A stretch of 64,000 nucleotides of DNA from Klebsormidium nitens (Eukaryota; Plantae; Klebsormidiophyceae), in NCBI GenBank assembly GCA_000708835.1, contig DF236954.1:174052-238051 (forward strand), in the 5' to 3' direction. The position numbers and the translations under genes are program-made. The notes under the pieces were generated by a model. The model did no database searches. It had not been told where the DNA came from and was given only the letters and a program-made list of their open reading frames with translations. Numbering within the stretch: position 1 is the first letter of the stretch; every line of letters starts with the position of its first letter. Below are positions 13,102-24,646 of the stretch, piece after piece.

Positions 13102-14230
13102 GTGCAGCAAGAAAGTTTTGCCCTAATCAATTTGCCAAAAAAGTATCGGATGTTTCTGTTCTGAGTTTCCTTCTGTTTGCTGTCGCGACTTCGTAGGTAG
13201 CTTTGCAAGGCAGAAATTCCGGATCTTTTTCTCAGAGAATCGTCACACTGATAGTTGTAAACGAAACTTAGACAGTTGTGGAAAGCCCCGTCCACTTTGT
13301 AAAATTTTTGCTGAGTCAGATTCGAAAAGCGATTTTAGACTGATCTAACCTGCTGTTGAATGGTCCCGTTGAACGGGACTTTCGTACCTCACATTTTTCA
13401 GAACATAAGAGATATTTGTGCTGTATTGGACTGTGCTCGATTGCAGCTGATCTCAGTAAGTCCCGTTGAGCGGGACCTTTTCTGTTTGAACTGTACAAAA
13501 GTACATCGTTTTTGGACACAAGAAATAGTAACCTTTTACAGATTGCAAGGTTACATGTCAAAACCCGATGTGATTGTGGCTCTTCACATTTTAATGAAGG
13601 CTGGAAGTTTGAATCATTTGAGAAACGCTGCTCTGAATAGATTTAATGTCCTGCAAATTTGGAAAGGGTGCTGTAAACAGATCATTAAACTGTGTTTTGT
13701 GCTGAACTGTGTGAAGTGACATTGCGAAAGGGTCTTGCGTTATTTACACCAGGCTTGATTCGAATTATCATTGCTTTTATTTTTAATGATGTTCCTGCCA
13801 CAAACCACTTAGGATCTGTAGAAAAAGACAATGCAGAATGGTTAGTTTGAGTCCCGTTGAACGGGACCTTCTTTATCTGGATAGGATGCCTCAGAAGTAA
13901 AGCCTGGAGAGTAGCAGGTGGAAAAAACAAGACTCAATCAATGACCACTAGAGATTTGCTAGTAACGAGATTGCTAGTCAGGACCGGCACAGGCAAAAGT
14001 CGCTTTTATGCAGCCTGTTTTCAAAAGGTCCCGTTGAACGGGACCTTTCAAAAGCGCCAACTTTTGTTTGAATATCTTTTAGCGACGGTCGGGGTTCAGA
14101 AATGCACCGGGAGGCTTTGGTTATCAGTAAAGAGCCAGGTTGATTGGTGTCTAGTTCTACGTTAGTATCAAAACCATATTGAATCGCCACACGAAACCAA
14201 GTTTTAACCTTTGTTTTTTTTCAATAACAG

Positions 14231-16565
14231 GTACTTCCGAAGCTGCTTCCCCCTGCAGCTGTCTGACCTGCCCACAGACATCGAGGACAAGTCTTCCCTC
14301 AAGACGATGGCGGAGTGGGGTTACTCCGGCCTCCCCCGAGTGGTGAAAAAACACGCCATGGACTGGGCGGGTCTGGAACCGGCAGCAGGCGCAGAGCTGA
14401 AGTGGTCCGCTGACAAGCAGACCTACTTCGCGGAGTGGGAGATCAAGGCGTTGTTCGAGGGCGAGCGGCCGGGGAAGAAAAACTGGAAGGACAAAGAGGT
14501 GACGGACGGGCTGGGGAACGGGCCTCTTTCGTTGCAGGCGACGGTGGTCCTGGGGGTGGGCTGGGAAAACGATTCCGGGGGTGTTCTGCCGAAGTGCATT
14601 CCGGCAGAGAGGACGGACCCGGAGATAGAGCCGGGATTCGTGCAGTTCGTGTCACTGAGGAACCTGGCGCAGAGGGTGGGGAAGCCGGGGCCAGAGGTGA
14701 TAGGGGAGGAGAAGGAGCCTGCACCGAACGAGTCAGGTGATGAAGAAGAAGAGGTGGAGAAAGAAGAAGGGGAGGAAGAGGAAGCTGTCGAGAACGAGGT
14801 GAAAGAGTTGGAGGGAGGAAGCGGCGTTGGGTTCCTGAAATTCTTCGGGCCAAAGGGCGTGACAGTGGTGCCCAAGGTGAAAGAGATCCTGGAGGCGTTG
14901 GGTTACGCAAAGGAGCTCGGAGAGAAGAAGGAGATGGCTTTCGACGTGGAGAAAACTGGGGTGGACATGACGGTCTTTTTCGTGCGGCCAAGGTCGAAGA
15001 AGGTGGCGGAGATCGACGGCTCTGAGAAAGAGATCCGCTGGCTGCCTGCGGAGGAGTTTGTGAGCGCTGTGTCGGAGAGAATGGAGAAGGTGATGGCGAA
15101 GGGGTCAGTGGCTGTGGTGGTAGCCCCGCCGGCGCTACCGGAGGCGTGGATGGTGGGGCTAAAGAAGATGCACGCGTCGACCTGGGGCTTCAGGCTGGTG
15201 GACAAGGTGACGTTGTTGACACTGCTTATTTTATATTCTTTTTGGAGTTGGGTTTAGTAATTTTAGTGCCAACATGAATTTGAAATACATCTTTGAATAG
15301 ATGGTGAATTGGAAAGGGGAATTTGACGTGTAAGAGGTAGTGATGCGGGGATTTTCAATAAGAACTTGCAAAGCTGAAGATTTGAAATTCGTTGCACTGT
15401 AAATACATGGATCTGATGGTTTAAAAGGGACCTTGCAGGACGGCGACCCTCTGTGGCTGCACGGCCACGACGGTACGTACATGGAGGTGTCGTACTGGAC
15501 GCCGGCTGAGGCACATGGAGAGGTGAAGAAGACGGGAGGGGTTCTGCGCACACCGGAGGAGATGTGCAGCTGGCCGTTGTTCCAGAGGGGAGGAAAACTG
15601 GAGGTAAGTATAGTGGAGATATGAGTTCGTTCGATAACAGGGCTGGTTAAGGATTCGAAGCTGAGAAATAGGAGTGCGTTTGTCTGGAAAGAGGGTAATC
15701 TTATTCCGGTAGCTTTGCGGAAACTGTATGCGATGTGTCTCGTTTGAAAATTCACATCTGTTATCACGACTGTCTGTTGTGGTAGGTAGAGTTGATGTAG
15801 ATGAGCTTCATGGATGTCGAATTTTGTGGCTCAGATGCAGGCACAACAAGTTTGTGATTTGATAAGGAGATAAGAGATGTGATGTTCAAAATTCGAATGT
15901 ATATACAACGTTCTGATACGTTTCGCATAGTCACTGTTTCCATGCTGTTGCATTTCTGTCTGGTGGTTTCTGGTGCGCCGCTCCAAGATTGGAAAGGGGA
16001 AGCGAAACAACTAGCAAGGTCCCGTTGAACGGGAGTAACAGCCAGTATATCGAACCATACATGAGAAGTTGTTAACCTTCTTTTGCAGACTTACACCCTC
16101 TTGTCGGAGCACGCCTACGACCTGCCGCGCGAGTTCTGGAACGACGCGCTGGACAAGACCATAGACGCGGCGGCGTCATCGCCGTCGGCGATTGTGTTCC
16201 AGGAGGAGTACGGTGGCGCGTCGGAATACTTGTCGAGGCTGGGAGTGGATCTGCTGTCGGTGTTCTTTGCGGGGGGGAAGAAGGGAGACTTTCTGGAGAG
16301 GGAGTCAAACAAAATCACGTGGGATGAGGAGGTGGAGGTGGAAGAAGGAGGGGTGAAGGTCAAGATGACGATGGGTTACAGAGACCAAGAGGATGAAAGC
16401 GAAAATGAATCAGGAGAGGACAAGATGGAGATGGATGGAGAGGCAAAGGGCTTGGGGAAAGAAGCAAAAGTTGGAGACGAGAAGAGAGTGGCGACGGAGC
16501 TGGAAGAAGCGCCTGTGAAGCTTTCCCCGATGATGACAAGGTCAAGGAAGAAGGTATCGAAGTAG
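14231..16565 (+). CDS. Transposon cargo gene 2, hypothetical protein; possible degenerate amino-DNA-methyltransferase-like fold; 5' exon(s) unresolved
   Basis: Exons ~14231-15206, 15439-15603 and 16089-16565 join in phase 0 via AAG|GTGACG, TGCAG|GAC, GAG|GTAAGT and TGCAG|ACT. Strong GC3 bias and acidic tracts. The start codon was not determined. Confidence 0.65.
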
Positions 16566-18334
16566 ATGGGGTTGGTGTGGTGATTTGAAAGAAGGGGATT
16601 TAGAGGAAGTTGGTTGCAGGAGTTGTGAGGGAAGTTGGAAGTGGAGTTTGCGACCTTGAGAACCAGATGCACAATTGTGTAGGTGTAGATTCGAGAATGC
16701 ATTTTAGACAAAGACCTTTGAAAGGCAAATGCACGAATGTATAGGGGTAGACTCGAGTATGCATTCATGATGAAGGACTTACGAAAGTAGAGGCAACGCT
16801 GTATAGGTATAGGTTCGAGAAGCCTGAGAGATGAGGAAGTGTGTTGAAGATGAAAAATGTCTGATGAGGTGAAATGCAATTGACACTGGCATGGAATTGG
16901 ACAATCTAGAATGCATCGGCAATGGTAACATCTGTTGAAAATGCATTGTCCAATGAATGTTGTCATAGGCCTGGGTATGTGAGTGGCTTTAAAGACAAAT
17001 TGACGCATGAAAGAATGTGTTGACAATAGGTTGGACAAAGGATATATGATGTAAGACGTGTATGAATCGCGATCCTGCAGAATGTACGACTCCTTCATAA
17101 ATACCTTGTGATGCAATGCTGATGAATCATAGACCAGCACACATGAAGGTCCCGTTGAGCTGGACGTTTTGCAAGCTGTGCCTCATGCGTTCGAGACGTT
17201 TTGTGGCCCTTTCAGAGGCGAGTCGTGCAAATGTCGAAGCACAAATTGAGTCGTAAAGATCATAGGGTGTCTCATCTCGGTGGTGCAATAAATACATTGA
17301 CTCAAAAAGGAATGTCAGCGGTCTTCGTGGGTTCTTGAAGTCCCGTTCAACGGGACCATTTTTTACTCAGAGAGCTCTGCTTTTTTGGTCCCAGAGTGGA
17401 AAAAGCGTCTAAGCAGAGGATAAAATGACAATCTTCTGGTCCCGTTGGACGGGACCTTCCCCCGATACCTAGGTTTGCCCCTTCAGTAAGTAGAAAGCTG
17501 GTAGAAATGAGAATTTGAGATGCTCACTGACGTCAGCATGACGTCAGCAACTGCTTCTCTTTTATTTTATTTTTGGAGAAATTGTTTTTCGAATTTGAGG
17601 GTAAAAATAAAGAAAAAAAAAAAAACCGGCGAATTTTGCAAAAAAAAACTTTTAAAAAGATTGTAAAACTACAATATAAAACTACATACATATAGGATCT
17701 CCCTCATCTCGCCCCGCGAAGCGTACACGTCATAGGTGCTGCAAGAGAAGCTTACGTACGCACTGCGCGAGCATGAGCGTCGTCTGACTGAAAAGTCTTG
17801 ATACGGTCATTTTTCTTTGTTGACCGTACTCAAGCTGTCACTGTCAGTGACTGAGCACTGTTACTTTCAAGGAGCGTGCTGGTAGTGTGAAAGAGGGAGT
17901 AGAGGAATTCTAGTCGGCTACAGTACTTGCAACATCAGTTGAGTAGCTTGGCAAGAGTCATGGTCTTACCGTCAAGACTGTTGTCAAGACTGACAAGACT
18001 ACTACTGTAGCCCGCTGGGACGAAATCAAAAGTAAAAAAAGGGGTGCAAATCAACGCCCACTGAGTCCTTTCCAGATGGTTGTAAGTTTCAGGGGATCCA
18101 AAAAAGATATGTGATCCAAGTTGTGCAATATAGCCGGATCTACTGCCAAGTCGAAGACCAGATATAACTTCTCTTCGCCAAAACAATTGTGGTGACAAGA
18201 GGGAACTTGCTACACCTAGTACAGCTCGGTAAACAGATCCCACTTCTCTTCTAGAGAAAGATTCTGAGAAGGGCGCACGTTTGCGGCAATTCTGGACCCT
18301 CGAAGTTGCTGACCTACATCAGCAGTCGTGCAGG

Positions 18335-21300
18335 ATGGCACTGATAAGCTGTCAGCAATTTCAGGGCGTCGGTTCTTCATTGGGTCCCATGGTAAACCCT
18401 GCAGCAGATCGCTCTTCAAAGCAGACGCTTGTCAGCGACTTTTCAGGTCTTGCAGTCATCCGGAGTGGCTCCCCAACCAGAACCAGCAGCAGATGGCCTG
18501 GCGGCTCGAAAAGAAGATGTGGGCAGTCCTGGCAGGTGAGGTCCTCTTAACCCCGGATTGCATCTTACCTTGGTTTCAGTCGTCTGGCTATGCAGCGAGG
18601 AACTTGAACGGATCCTGATTCCTTGTTCCGAGTAGGGCAAAGCTTGTCGACTCTTCCAAATTATTTCGAGTGCAGTCCCCCTGTTCTCCTACCGGCTTGA
18701 CTGACACGTTTTCTACGACGAAGCAAGCTCGGTTCAAAAATTTGATCAGAAAGTCAGGTTGTTCCTGTGGTGCCCATGTTTATTATCCGCAAGAACGTTG
18801 ATACAGATGTAGTTCTGGTCCTCTTTAGCTTCCAAAATCGAGCATATGCTGCTTAGCAGGCCTGCAAACACTGATTATGTAGCGCCCATGTGAGAACTTG
18901 CAGTTGCAAAGAGCTGCTTCACTATTTCGGTAAATGATTCCGCTTGATCTAAATCATTGCGCAGGACATCACCCGGGTCCATCAAAAAACTGGCATCCGA
19001 GAAAAGGCGGTGAGAGCTCACTCAAAAGGTTAAGCTCTGTGTTGAGGTCACCCTTCATGATGTAACATGCTGCTGGTTTCCCGGGGATGAGTCCCTTGCA
19101 CTCGAAATGATTCATCAAGGACCCATGCGTGGTTTGAATCCATTGCTGGCTTGCAAAAGTCCTTCTATTTTCGTCTGCAGTCCCAGAATGTGCAGATTGA
19201 GGGGCTCGGGTCTTACGTCCCTAAGAAGACAGTGAGCGTCAGCGACAGCGTTCAGATGGCAGTCGACAGAAGGTGAGAAATTAACCGACATGTTCTTCTG
19301 TTGACAGCTTCCTTTCCAAAACGGAGCACAGTCTTTCGTTCGAGTATTTTAAGGCCCACAACTGGAAGACTTTAATCTCTTTAGGTTCTCGGAACATCAC
19401 CTGTCAAACCATCATGTTTAGCCTCCGATCTGCTTGCTTGGTTTGACAACATTTCCAGGTGCTTTCCACACATATCGAGCATCAAGGTTAGCTTTCTCGA
19501 GCTTCAAACTAGACCGCAGACCCCAGTGTCAGTGCGGCAGTGAATGCGGCGCAGAACAACCTGTGTGGCACCTGGCAAGCGACCGCAAAGTCGCGTTGCG
19601 TACTGACCAGGTCGCCAAAAGTGGAGCGCTTCTCCGACATTCTTTTGATCAGCAAGAAAGTGACGCCAAAGTTTCCCCATGCTTCGTAATCTGCGAACCA
19701 GTCGATACTCCCTTCCGCTTTTGCAGAGGCCCGGAGATAGACGAAGCGCGTCTCGCCCGTCTGCTGAGGAAGTTGTACAAGAACCTGGGCTCCGTCTCTC
19801 GGCAGTGGTCCGAAGATCCAGTTACAGATCGCCCAGTCAACTGGCTGATAGAGGTCGGTATCAGTGGATTCTTCCTCTCTTCCAGCTATGAAACTGCAGG
19901 CCAGCCAGATGGCTTAGGGAAAGTTAGCAGGAATAAACCAGCGGTCTGGGCACTTCTCAAGCGTCAGGGTAGACCTTCAGTAACAGCAGCACTCGGCTAC
20001 TGAAAGGAAAGCGCCGTCCCCCGAACAAGCAGCCCTTTGCCGTCGGGTGTTCCGCAAAATGTCAGACTGTAGTGAAAATTGAGCATACCCTATGTTTTGT
20101 TCTCATGTAAATGGTAATTCAAGTTTGATATTGAGTGTGCCCTTTAATCGTTCTGACCTTCAGCTTCCGCTGTGCAGGCGTTCTCGCAGGCGCTGGACTC
20201 TGCCAGCTGGCAGCGTACCGATGTTGACGTCATCATACACACGGGCATCGTCAGAGGCGTCATCGAACCTTCGGCCGCGGCCGTCTACTCCAACCTCCTT
20301 GGAACCTTCCGAGCCCAGTCATTTGATGTCGCCGACGCCTGCAATTCTTGAATCCTGTGAGACGCTCTTCTGCTCTCTTTTCTGGATGATCCCCCTAGCT
20401 CTTTCAACGTCGTGACATGTTTAGGGCAGTATTCACATCCCTTCCCCTCTTTTCCGCCTCCATTGGCAAGTTCGCCTGAAAGTTGCACGCCCCACCTCTT
20501 CTACTCACCATAGCTCAGACTGATGGAGAATCCTACCGTACAAATAATGTACTAAGACATTGCTGACCAGTCGCTTGCTAAAGGGAAATGTTCGGGTTCG
20601 ATCTGAGATCAATCATCCTTCTGCACAGGGGAGCGCAACTTGCGGATGCCTTGATTAAGACAGGGTCCGCCAAGAAGGTCGCGCTCATCTCCACTATTTC
20701 ATCCAACTGTCCATACCTGACGGAAAGCTACAAGGTGAGCCAAGCTTTGATGCCGGTCTTGAACATCCTTACAGAACTTTTCGTTCAATCAAAGGCCTCT
20801 TCAGATGTCAACTACGAAGACGGATCAACGTGGCATGTAGAAGTTTTCTCGACCATGTTCCACGAGTGTGCAAAATACCAGGCTCTCAGAGCGGCTGCCC
20901 AATAAACTTCTTACTGCGAAACAACCACTGCGGTGACAAAGCTGATCTTCTCCGCGCGTACTTCAGCAGCTTTCACTCCGTTCCGCAGATCACCTCGTGG
21001 GACCAGATCGGTTACAAGGTCGCCGGAATGACCGTCGGCTCAGCAGCTTCCGTCACTTTGATCGGCGGGGGCCACGAACAAGACTGGGGGCTGAAGGTCA
21101 CGCGAATCCACGACTCCTCACAAGTCGCACTCTGCATGATCAACGAGCCGAGCACTACGCGCCACCTGGGGCTGGATTCCGTCGTTCCGCAGGAGATCAA
21201 GGTGAGCGGAATTGCCAGTGCCGGAACTTGCGCGGACCGGGGCTTGGTCGCGATGCTTGAACCCACGGGACTTCTCCAGCGTCTACCAGGAGTGCTGCGG

Positions 21301-23419
21301 GTTTGACTTCTGCTCTTGAGAGGGCCGGAGTTGAATGATTAGCCAGCACATTAGGACCAAGAAAAGGATGCAATTGCGCACCCGTCAACCCCAAGACCTT
21401 CTAGAATAGGTCAATACGTGCTGCCAGAATAGGTCATTATGTGCTGTGTCCAATTCAAAGGACTGGCCTGAGGACTTCGGATTCTTTTGCGTGTTTTGAC
21501 CTGATTTCCGATCATGGAAATTCAACATTCTCAGGGCGTAAGCAGCCATCTTTTCGTTTGCACTGCAGCGGAAACCAGTTATGCGGCGCATAAACTCTGC
21601 TGATATGAAAGAATTGAGTTTGGTAGATAGGACAAGAATTTCGACACGCTTTCAGACGTACTACCAAATGTAGCCTTAAACCCTCAAGCGCTTTCCGACG
21701 TGTGTCCTCAAAGTTTGCTGGTGTTCGCCAAATTAAATAGCTTCCCCGGATCGAAACGCAACCTCGTCGCTTCGATTCGAAAGAAATCAGAACCACCTCT
21801 TCAACGAAAGATTGGTACTTTAAGTATTTGTTAGTTAGTCAGTTCTTTTCTTTGCCAGGACGACTACCTTTCCGATGGTAGTACAGACGCACAATTCTAC
21901 AGCCTTGGATCGGAGCTTTTTGCCTTACAGCTGGGATGGTTCGGAGACGTTGTGAGACAGGTACGCGCACGAATAAGCCCCAGAGGCACAAATAAAAATC
22001 AAAATCCTTCGAAGTTGCCCGTTCCCTGATGTAGCAGATCTGGAGTTTCTGATTCACTCTGGACGGTGTATTGGGTTGCTGGTTTCACCCCGCTGGAATT
22101 GATAAGAGCTTGTTTGAATTCCGGAAGGAGTAACTCGTAAAAAAGCCTGGCTAGACAAGTCTTACCTGAAGTCACTGCAAAGATCAAATATCAACGCATC
22201 ACCTCAAGAAGCCAGGAGAAAAACGAGAAGCTTCAATGATTTACTGGTTGAAAAGGTAGTGGGACGCAATAAATCAGCACACGAATTGTTTGACAGTCAC
22301 TAGCAGCTTCGGCCCAATTCTGTGTTCTGACAGCAGAGCAAAGGATCCAATCCGATCACCGTCACGCTAAATGATGCAATCTTCTTGGTGCTCAGGCCTT
22401 GGCTGGAGAAACGGAAGCTGACGTGGGCGAAGTCGTCATGACCCACTCTGCCATGGAGCGCCAGTACGCGGACATCTTGAAGGACATCGGAATTGAGGAC
22501 CGGCATTTTAACATCCACGCAAAGAATGGGAATCTGGCGGACAACACGGCGCCCGTTGCTCTCAAACAAGCAATCGAGGTAAGCGGGAAGATGCTTTTGA
22601 GTTTCTTTTCGATTCATGCGGTCTTGGGCCGAGGTTGCCCATTTGGATGATGGGGCTGCGCCGCCCTCCAAAACAGCGCCTCTTGGAATAATTCGCAATG
22701 CAGCCCAACAAGTCAGGCACGGTCAAAATAAGCGCAATCTGGACCTGGAGTGGCTCTGTAGATGAGTCTATCAGTAGGCGATGATCCGGCGAAATCCTGA
22801 CCGTTTCCGCCGCATCTTTTTGTGGGTAGAAACAAATAACGGTTGCAATATAATCTACTTTACCTGGTTTCCTTGGTCTTCCGCGCTTCCGCATCCTTCG
22901 TCAAGCAAGTCTCGAACGTGCAACTAGAGCTCTCAAAATCATGCGATTTGGCGCTGCGAACGGAAACCCATGTGTAGCCCCTTGTGCACACAATCTGGCG
23001 GAAGAAGCAGGCCGACGGGCTTGCAAAGGAGTGGTCTTCGCCAATGAACCTTGTAAACCTGATCCTCACGAGGTTTAGCAAACCTGCCTTCTGACCGCGG
23101 CCTTGCTCTTCCGATAACAGCTCTCCGAAGCGGCTGTCTCCCTTCGTCTGCGCTTCGGAGTGTTATTTAGTGGACGCGCGCGACCGCGTGCGATCGACTG
23201 TCACCTGGTTATGTCGAACATTGAAAGGTCCAGGCCCTCCTCAATCGATCACTCATGTTATTTCTGTTTCAGGAGGGAAGAGTCAAGGGCGGCATGCGAG
23301 TCTCTTACCTGGGCCAAGCGTCGGGCGCGAGTACTGCCCTTGCAAGCTTCACTGCTTCCGATAAGCTGGTGGCAAAACTTGGCTCGGCCCAGAACCGGCC
23401 TGAGCTAGCCACGTCATGA
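18335..23419 (+). CDS. Plastid-targeted FabH/KAS III-like (OleA-like) thiolase-fold condensing enzyme with an in-frame TGA at 20349-20351 (possible pseudogene or sequence error)
   Basis: Ten phase-consistent exons 18335-18535, 18965-19009, 19181-19272, 19727-19853, 20178-20356, 20629-20734, 20989-21201, 21859-21960, 22396-22578 and 23273-23419 (1395 nt). Motifs in FabH order: IEGLGSYVPKKTV, VIEPSAAAV, SFDVADAC (catalytic Cys), TVGSAASVTLI, VMTHS (His), KNGNLA (Asn), EGRVKGGMRVSYLGQASG. The N-terminus is Ser/Arg-rich and transit-peptide-like. Confidence 0.82.
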
Positions 23420-24646
23420 TAAGAGTTGCGAGCCAAAGAAGAAGTGATTATGAAGACTAGCTGACGCAAACCCCAAAAGACGTGCTCGATGAGTATGCCG
23501 CTACGCTTATTTACATGCGAGATCATTAGACAGTTGCCGGACCGATTACGATGTTCATACGCTTCGTAAAGTTGCTTAGGTGGATATTAACACGTCGCCT
23601 TACGAGAAGCAAGTTCGACGAGAACCTGTCGAAGGTCACTGAAAAGTTCTCAGTTTCACCTGGAGCTTTCGACTGCTATTAATGATTACGTGTAGATCAT
23701 CGTAAACCACAGAAGCCTGCCTTTTCCGGGTGCCCAGTTGCACTTTATATGCTCCACTAAGTAAAACATGAGGCCTCCTCCAGATTATGTCCATTGGGTG
23801 ACGAGATCAGGATGAGAGCCCGACGGCGATGACGTCGCAATGCATGCAGCGCTGCTGCGCTCTCACAGGACTGTGACGGACGAAAGCGACACCTTAATTT
23901 GGACATTAGAGGCTAATGTATGGATGCGAGTGTGCATTCAATGTTGACGTGACGGGCCATCCAGGGCGACGTTTGTAATTCCCTAGAATTTCAGCGGCAT
24001 CAACGCGTGCTAAGAAGTGCTCAATGAAACCGTCGACAACTTCATTGTAGGCAGTGCACTGGCAATTCAAAGCATCGAGTCGTCTGATCTATCCACTTGT
24101 GTCTTTGCAACTCCAAACACAATAGAAGCGTGTGATAAAGTCTATGGTAAGTCTACGATCGAACGACGGTTACCATGTGTTGTGCACCCTGTAACTAATC
24201 ATGACCGACGTCGGATCCAACATTCTAATCAAGATCGGACCCCTCTTACACCAGCCCGCCCACCACGTTGTCCAACATTCCAGAATTTGGTAGTACTAAA
24301 CAATGATCAAAGTGCATGAAGCAGGCCCGGCGGCCGTAGATGAATGTTCCTTCCGACAGCTGTGAACTTTAACTAGTAACATTCATACATGTTGAAGAAG
24401 TCGGTCATGCATGCACAGTGACACCACGACATCGACTAATCATTGAAGGAGGTAGGGGATAGGCGGCCGACTTGGGAATGTTACAAGCGAAGTTCAGATT
24501 CTCAAGATGGTTTACTACGTTTATTGAATGGTACGTCAAGAAACCACCGAAAACCGACAGCTTGTATAAATAAAAGTTTGATACATATATATGGCCCTCA
24601 AAGCAGAGCTGCTCTTTATGACGTCTGCGTATGCATGGTAAAGATG

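Larger units (their letters stand above)
2109..17455. repeat. Dispersed 17-bp palindrome GTCCCGTT(G/C)AACGGGAC, ~28 copies
   Basis: Copies start at 2109, 2255, 3691, 5480, 5624, 5714, 5779, 5854, 6570, 6988, 7327, 7548, 10476, 10582, 10764, 10893, 11000, 11180, 11312, 11550, 13363, 13460, 13851, 14028, 16019, 17149, 17340 and 17439. All lie in introns, UTRs or spacers. None was seen after 17455. Confidence 0.97.
1..17701. mobile_element. Large Mutator-like (MULE) DNA transposon, >17.7 kb, left end outside the window; transposase plus two cargo genes
   Basis: DDE transposase gene at <1-5446; ~28 copies of a 17-bp palindrome confined to 2109-17455; an AT-rich subterminal tract (17555-17695) ends abruptly at ...CATATAGGATCTC (17701), followed by GC-richer host-like sequence. 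The right boundary is inferred; no TIR partner or TSD is visible in the window. Confidence 0.72.

Noticed and set aside
2109-17455. CRISPR array or integron attC array interpretation of the palindromic repeats
   Set aside because: Spacing is irregular (65 bp to ~3 kb), the copies sit in spliceosomal introns, no cas or integrase gene is present, and the context is eukaryotic.
1-17701. Endogenous giant virus or Polinton with hairpin terminators
   Set aside because: No capsid, polB, packaging ATPase or other viral hallmark was recognised. The genes are intron-rich and the only recognisable enzyme is a DDE transposase.
18965-19009. Exon DITRVHQKTGIREKA as the FabH 'RTGIRER' motif
   Set aside because: It lies upstream of the GSYVP strand. 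The true equivalent is KNLGSVSRQW in exon 4, so the resemblance is probably coincidental.
20349-20351. Selenocysteine or programmed readthrough at the TGA of the FabH-like gene
   Set aside because: The catalytic Cys is a normal TGC, the aligned residue is likely Trp, the +4 context is not a readthrough context, and no SECIS could be identified by eye.
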